Below, piece by piece: positions 59,039 through 64,000 of a DNA stretch of 64,000 nt. Source of the stretch: Candidatus Hodarchaeota archaeon. GTDB taxonomy: Archaea; Asgardarchaeota; Lokiarchaeia; Sigyniarchaeales; SOKP01. The stretch's first letter is position 1; the number at the start of each line of letters is the position of its first letter. Where the stretch lies: positions 36,324-100,323 of the forward strand of contig JBHLKM010000018.1 of the NCBI GenBank assembly GCA_048886685.1. The letters are read 5' to 3'. The notes under the pieces were generated by a model. It was not told where the DNA came from, did not search any database, and saw only the letters and a program-made list of their open reading frames with translations. The position numbers were made by a program, and so were the translations under genes.

Positions 59039-59917
59039 ATGAGTGAACTCAAGTTCTATAGTTATGGAGATATTAAAGTAGGAAGGGGGAATTTTGAATT
59101 ACCTCCCTTACTAATAGGAACTCTTTTTTATCAAGGCCAAAATTTCGTTAATAGAAAAAATAATGAAATTTTCGATGAGAATAAGGCATTAAAACGAATA
59201 AACACACAATTAGACTTATCTAATCAATATAAAATTCCTAATCTCATTGAAATTTCAGCAACTACACCAAAAGCTATGGTTAAATACTTGGAATTTTATT
59301 TAGGAAACTTTAATCCTCCCTTTGTTTTGGGAGGGAATTTTGAATCTAGAGTTGCTGGAATAGATTATTTATCAGAGCATGGAATTAAACCTGATCAATA
59401 CATCTATAATACGATTTCAAATCTCAAAAATAAGCAAGAACTAGAGATTCTAGAAAAATATAGAATTCAATCGGTTGTTGTGTTAATTCTCGGATCAGAA
59501 AATATGACCTCTACTCAAAGATATGAATATATAACTGGAAAAAATCAACCTAATAATGTGAGCATATTAGCTGGATTAAAAAATTTAGGGATTGGAAAAA
59601 TTTGGATTGATGGGGGTGTAATTAATTTAGAAAGTTTAGCTCATGTTTTAGAAACGCAACAATTGGTTAGTGCCGCGTTAGAGCTTCCGGTAGGCACAGC
59701 CCCGAATCTTTTTCTTTTTCAATATTCTTCACCTCGTTTGAATCTTAAATTCCATACACGTTATCGAAGGGCCAGTATTATGTTTATTGCTGCATGGTAC
59801 TCTAATTTTATCTTTTATGGAGCAATTGAAGATGCGAAAGAGTCGTTTTCTTCAGCGTATCAATCGTTAGAATTTAAAAAAATTGTTAAAAGTCGAAATA
59901 TGAACTTATTTAAATAA
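59039..59917 (+). CDS. MtrH-like (methyltetrahydromethanopterin methyltransferase subunit H family) protein, stand-alone and divergent
   Basis: ELPPLLIGTLFYQGQ...IFDENKALKRIN, IYNTIS, LPVGTAPN, NFIFYGAIEDA. Confidence 0.75.
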   Translation: MSELKFYSYGDIKVGRGNFELPPLLIGTLFYQGQNFVNRKNNEIFDENKALKRINTQLDLSNQYKIPNLIEISATTPKAMVKYLEFYLGNFNPPFVLGGNFESRVAGIDYLSEHGIKPDQYIYNTISNLKNKQELEILEKYRIQSVVVLILGSENMTSTQRYEYITGKNQPNNVSILAGLKNLGIGKIWIDGGVINLESLAHVLETQQLVSAALELPVGTAPNLFLFQYSSPRLNLKFHTRYRRASIMFIAAWYSNFIFYGAIEDAKESFSSAYQSLEFKKIVKSRNMNLFK

Positions 59918-60089
59918 CAAATTGGTTTTCCCTTATCGATATTTATCAACAATTGAAAAAAAATGGGAATAATAGAATAAAAAGCTATTAATACTAAGGT
60001 TTTAATATTTTAATTAAGTCTATGCAATTCGTATAGTAATTTTAATTGAATCAGTTTTTAACTAATATTCTAATTTAAAGGAGAAAAAT

Positions 60090-61229
60090 ATGAGTAACAG
60101 TAGCTTTAGTGATGAGAAAGAGCTGGAAGCTATAAAATTAATAGACCAAGCGGAAACTCTTGCTGATCGTGGAAAAGGTGAGGAAGCTATCAACTTCTAT
60201 GAAAAAGCAGCCTCAATCTATCTTGATCTTGGAAGTTATATTAAATTAGATGAGCTCTATATAAGGATTACTCAAATAATCTCGAGATTTAAAAATAATA
60301 TTCAAGCTATTTACCGATTGAAATCTATTATTAGAAAGACTGAAGATTTAAAACTTTATGAGGTTTCAGCAAAATTATTGATCCAATTGGGAAATATAAC
60401 CTATAATATGCGAGATTGGGAGACTGCTGGAGAATGTTGGGAAAAGGCTTCAGGATATTTATATGAAATTGATCCTGAAGAATATATTAGCCTAAGTTCG
60501 ATCTTTCTATTAAAAGCTGGTCAAGCTTTTGAACGTTCAAGGATAAAAAAAGACTATGGTAAAAATTTAATCCTAAGGGCTGTGATGAAAATAAATAAAT
60601 TCGATGAATTATACCAACAGGAGGAAAAAAGAGCACTCGATCTCTTATCAAAAAAAGAATTCGAATCTTCTGCTAATAAGTTCAATGACATAGCGAATTA
60701 TTTTAAGAAAGCATTGGAAAATTTAGGAGATCTTATAGATGAGGAAAAATCGAAAGATACAATGCTTAATGCAAAAGCTCGTTGCATTCATTTTGTTGCT
60801 GAATATCAAACTGTTGCTGCTTTATGTTTAAGAGCATCTGAAAATCGTGAATATAATGAGAAAATTAAGAAACTTGGAACTGATTCTCTCCAACGATTTA
60901 AAGAATCGATTTCTCTTCTTAAATCTTATCTAAAACCTCAAGTTTCTGATTTTGATAATGAAGTAATATTAAGAATAACGTTTGATACAATGTTGATGGC
61001 AATTATCCAAGGAATGTTGGGAACCTCTCAACTAAATCCAATCGACTTTTTATTGGAAAATGTTGAAGAGAACAAGAAATTAGCTAAAGAACTAAAGAAT
61101 TCTCCTTATTTTAAAATTGCGAATCGAATCGAAAAAGTGGGTATTAGAGAAGTTTTTGATGACCTCTTAAAGCTTCATTTAGGTCATTTTGAAAGTATAA
61201 AAAACACCTTAATTACTTATTTTCAATAA
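60090..61229 (+). CDS. TPR/alpha-solenoid protein, alpha-SNAP-like repeats
   Basis: AINFYEKAASIY, AGECWEKASGY, KAGQAFE, SANKFNDIANYF repeats. Confidence 0.65.
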   Translation: MSNSSFSDEKELEAIKLIDQAETLADRGKGEEAINFYEKAASIYLDLGSYIKLDELYIRITQIISRFKNNIQAIYRLKSIIRKTEDLKLYEVSAKLLIQLGNITYNMRDWETAGECWEKASGYLYEIDPEEYISLSSIFLLKAGQAFERSRIKKDYGKNLILRAVMKINKFDELYQQEEKRALDLLSKKEFESSANKFNDIANYFKKALENLGDLIDEEKSKDTMLNAKARCIHFVAEYQTVAALCLRASENREYNEKIKKLGTDSLQRFKESISLLKSYLKPQVSDFDNEVILRITFDTMLMAIIQGMLGTSQLNPIDFLLENVEENKKLAKELKNSPYFKIANRIEKVGIREVFDDLLKLHLGHFESIKNTLITYFQ

Positions 61230-61240
61230 CTTAATATTTT

Positions 61241-62344
61241 CTAAATTGTATCTGGACCGACTGTTCTTATTAATGTTTTTATTTGGTCCTCTGTTTTAGC
61301 GAAGACACCAATATTTCCAATTTGTATTTGTTTTAGACCAATCTCCTTTACAACTTCATATGTTTCTATGATTTCTTCCAATAAGGGCGCTCTAAATTTA
61401 ATTAGTTTATATTGTGGAAAAAAAGCTAAGATATGGAATGGAATTTGATCATCTATGCTAACAATTAACTCCGCAATTTTCTGGAATTGATCAACTTCAA
61501 TTAAATTTGGGATGTAAACGGTAAGAATTTCTAAATTAAAATTCCGTATAATAATTTCTTTTGGAGCATTAAGAACTGTCTTATTTGAACACCCACACAG
61601 TTTCTTGTAGATATCAACATCATAAGCTTTGATGTCAAGCCAATAGGAGTCTAATCCCGCTTTTTGAAAGATATTTAAATTTTTGGGGGTGAGTCCAAAA
61701 CCGTTAGTCTCTAATAAAACCCATAGATCTTCACATTTCTCCTTAATCTTTTTTGTAACTTCAACATAAAATTCTGCCTGACATGCAATATCTCCTCCTG
61801 TAAATGCTGCTATATTCCTTGCTGGACCAAATCCTTGTGGACCTAATACAATTTGGTCTTTCGAGAGTTTATTTGGGCATAATGGACTCCTTTTCTTAAA
61901 TAAAATACATGAACCACAGTGCTTACATAAATCATTAGCATAGAACATTAAAGAACGTTCTCTTGGTTCAAATACAGTTACATCTTTTTGGTAATTTTTA
62001 CACATTATTGCGATTTCATCAGTAGAATACCATAACCCGTTAAAAAATTTTGAAAATTCCCAAGAATGGCATTTTAAGCAATTATGATTGCAGCCCGACT
62101 GATAAATAGAAAAGTAATCTTCAGGTCTTGATAAATGGGCTGCTGATATTACTCGGTGATACTGATTATTTTCAAATTTTAAAGTTGCCCTACAGGCTGT
62201 TTGTAAAGAACCATCTTTCAACTCAACCTCACATGCCCCTTTACTATATCCTTGCTCTACCATAGTACATGGTATTTTCGTTTCTTGCATACCAATGGAA
62301 ATAAAAACTGAGATTAATAAAAATTTAATGGTAAATTTTTTCAA
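61241..62344 (-). CDS. radical SAM protein (PFL-activating enzyme-like); start may be ATG 62290
   Basis: SIYQSGCNHNCLKCHSWEFS, AFTGGD, ETNGF, LDIKA, PFHILAFFPQYKL. Confidence 0.88.
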   Translation of the reverse strand: MKKFTIKFLLISVFISIGMQETKIPCTMVEQGYSKGACEVELKDGSLQTACRATLKFENNQYHRVISAAHLSRPEDYFSIYQSGCNHNCLKCHSWEFSKFFNGLWYSTDEIAIMCKNYQKDVTVFEPRERSLMFYANDLCKHCGSCILFKKRSPLCPNKLSKDQIVLGPQGFGPARNIAAFTGGDIACQAEFYVEVTKKIKEKCEDLWVLLETNGFGLTPKNLNIFQKAGLDSYWLDIKAYDVDIYKKLCGCSNKTVLNAPKEIIIRNFNLEILTVYIPNLIEVDQFQKIAELIVSIDDQIPFHILAFFPQYKLIKFRAPLLEEIIETYEVVKEIGLKQIQIGNIGVFAKTEDQIKTLIRTVGPDTI

Positions 62345-62537
62345 CTATGTAGAAATAACAAAGTTTAAAAATCTTCATTTCTATAATTTATTTAATTAAA
62401 TAGAAAGAGAGTTTAGTAAAAAAAATTCTCAAAGCTTTTTCTATTCTATTAGTTATATTCAGCTCGAATATCATATAGAGGAGATTAGGCTAACTATGAA
62501 TTTAATAAAATACGACTACGTTTAGGGGATTTAAGTT

Positions 62538-64000
62538 TTGAAAATATTATATGTAAATCCTGCAAGACTTAGTTCTGGACTTGACGCAATAATTAAAGGA
62601 CCTCCTCTTAATCTTATCTCGATTGCAGCAATGGTTCCAGAACATGACGCCAAATTATTTGATTTTAAGGTTCATAAATATAAAGAAAATAGATTTCGTA
62701 CATTATTGAATCAATCGGATATTGTTGCTATTACTTCTATGACACCACAAATCTCTCACGCCTTTGAAGTTGCTGAGATGGCTAAAAACCAAGGGTGTAC
62801 CACAATTATGGGTGGATACCATCCAACATTAGCACCTGATTATGTAGCAGTAAACCCTGCTGTAGATTATACGATAAGAGGTGAAGGTGAATACTCATTT
62901 CGAGAGTTAGTACAATATCTTGATAGTAATAAAAATCCAAGTTTACTGAAAGAGATAGATGGGGTTTCATACAAAAATAAAGAAGGAAAAGTAATACATA
63001 ATAAAGATCGAAGACTTGAGCCCAATTTGGACAACTTTCCTATGCCTCGTAGGGATCTTTTAGATGATAAAAAATATATTTATTTAGGTGCACGTGTAGC
63101 TCAACTTGAATCATCACGTGGGTGTCCTCATAATTGTAAATTCTGTTGTATCATAAAAATGTGGAGAAATTCGGATCGTCCTGTAACCTATCGTACAAAA
63201 TCAACTAAAAGGATTATGCAAGAAATATACAATATTGATTGGAAAAATGATTTTATCTTTTTCTGCGAAGATAATTTTTCAATTAAAACAAAGCGTACTA
63301 AGAAAATTCTTGAAACTATGATCCGTTCAGGAGTTCCGAATAAGATTTATTTCTCTTGCCAATCTCGAGTTGATACATTATATAGAAATCCATGGTTAGT
63401 TGATTTGATGCATAAAGCAGGCATGAGACAAGTTTTTCTTGGTATCGAATCAGTACATCAACAAAGCCTTGATGCGATGAACAAGCAAAATACTACTCCT
63501 GATATGGTTAGAAAAGTAGTTTCCTCACTACAAGACCGTGGAATCTCGATTTTTGGGGGGATGATCATTGGATTTCCTGGGGAAACCAAAACAATGGTAA
63601 GACAAAACATTCAATTTGCTCGATCGCTTAATATGACATGTGTGCAATTCACCCCTATAACAGCATTTCCTGGGACCGAATTTTATAATGAAATGAAAGA
63701 AAAAGATATGGTTACCAGTCATAATTATAAACATTATAACTTATTTCATCCAATGATGAAAACTGATCAACTATCAAGTAGAGACATGTATCGACTAGTA
63801 GCTGAAGCATATTCTGCTTATTACCTCAGTAAAGGTTGGCTTAAAATGCTCGTAAAAAGATATACTAATCCATTTGGAGAATTCAATTGGATGGGTCGAA
63901 ATATCCCACGGTTCGCTAAAACCGTGATTAAAAGCGGATTAGATATGCTTCATTCAATGGGAATGACGAAATCAATAATATCCGATGAGATGAAAGAAAT
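62538..64000 (+). CDS. cobalamin-binding radical SAM protein, runs off window end
   Basis: TTG start MKILYVNP..PPLNLISIAA, IMGGYHPT, IRGEGE, SSRGCPHNCKFCC, FCEDNF, VFLGIES, MIIGFPGE. Confidence 0.9.
   Translation, partial: MKILYVNPARLSSGLDAIIKGPPLNLISIAAMVPEHDAKLFDFKVHKYKENRFRTLLNQSDIVAITSMTPQISHAFEVAEMAKNQGCTTIMGGYHPTLAPDYVAVNPAVDYTIRGEGEYSFRELVQYLDSNKNPSLLKEIDGVSYKNKEGKVIHNKDRRLEPNLDNFPMPRRDLLDDKKYIYLGARVAQLESSRGCPHNCKFCCIIKMWRNSDRPVTYRTKSTKRIMQEIYNIDWKNDFIFFCEDNFSIKTKRTKKILETMIRSGVPNKIYFSCQSRVDTLYRNPWLVDLMHKAGMRQVFLGIESVHQQSLDAMNKQNTTPDMVRKVVSSLQDRGISIFGGMIIGFPGETKTMVRQNIQFARSLNMTCVQFTPITAFPGTEFYNEMKEKDMVTSHNYKHYNLFHPMMKTDQLSSRDMYRLVAEAYSAYYLSKGWLKMLVKRYTNPFGEFNWMGRNIPRFAKTVIKSGLDMLHSMGMTKSIISDEMKE

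Noticed and set aside
1-64000. CRISPR arrays, tRNA/rRNA genes, transposases, integrases or proviral genes
   Set aside because: No regularly spaced direct repeats, GC-rich structured RNA blocks or mobile-element proteins were recognised by eye; a covariance-model scan was not possible

Overview
AT-rich archaeal chromosomal segment, most consistent with an Asgard archaeon of the Lokiarchaeia type. The basis is four small GTPases carrying roadblock/longin domains, a V4R/Bet3-like protein, a vWA-RING protein, a Loki-CTERM-like surface protease, RadA, EndA and CdhA. Contents: acyl-CoA dehydratase/activator genes; a rearranged A/V-type ATPase operon (K-C-H-F-E-A-B-D-I-x-A') with a second A subunit; tRNA-splicing endonuclease; a MEMO1/coiled-coil/PfkB/OsmC run; radA; a dispersed glycogen/NDP-sugar set (two GH57, a PGM-like pseudoenzyme, an NTP-transferase, a GalT-like protein); several radical-SAM genes; and a small decayed patch at 55-56 kb. 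Top finding: cdhA is split by a 34-nt hairpin insertion (51857-51890) that folds with the flanking sequence into a relaxed bulge-helix-bulge/loop motif. Cutting at the canonical EndA positions restores the frame and gives 'YMPICDMCCLC', so this is a candidate endonuclease-spliced mRNA intron in an Asgard protein-coding gene. The EndA in this window carries a crenarchaeal-type specificity loop associated with cleavage of relaxed motifs. Other notable items: a Rag-like GTPase beside an NPRL2-like longin-GTPase-longin-PAS-PAS-pseudo-histidine-kinase fusion, an AtpA paralogue with GER>GEP, and apparent ACG/ATT/ATA/ATC start codons. No rRNA, tRNA, CRISPR array or IS element was recognised. All family assignments are from motif recognition by eye; no database search was run.
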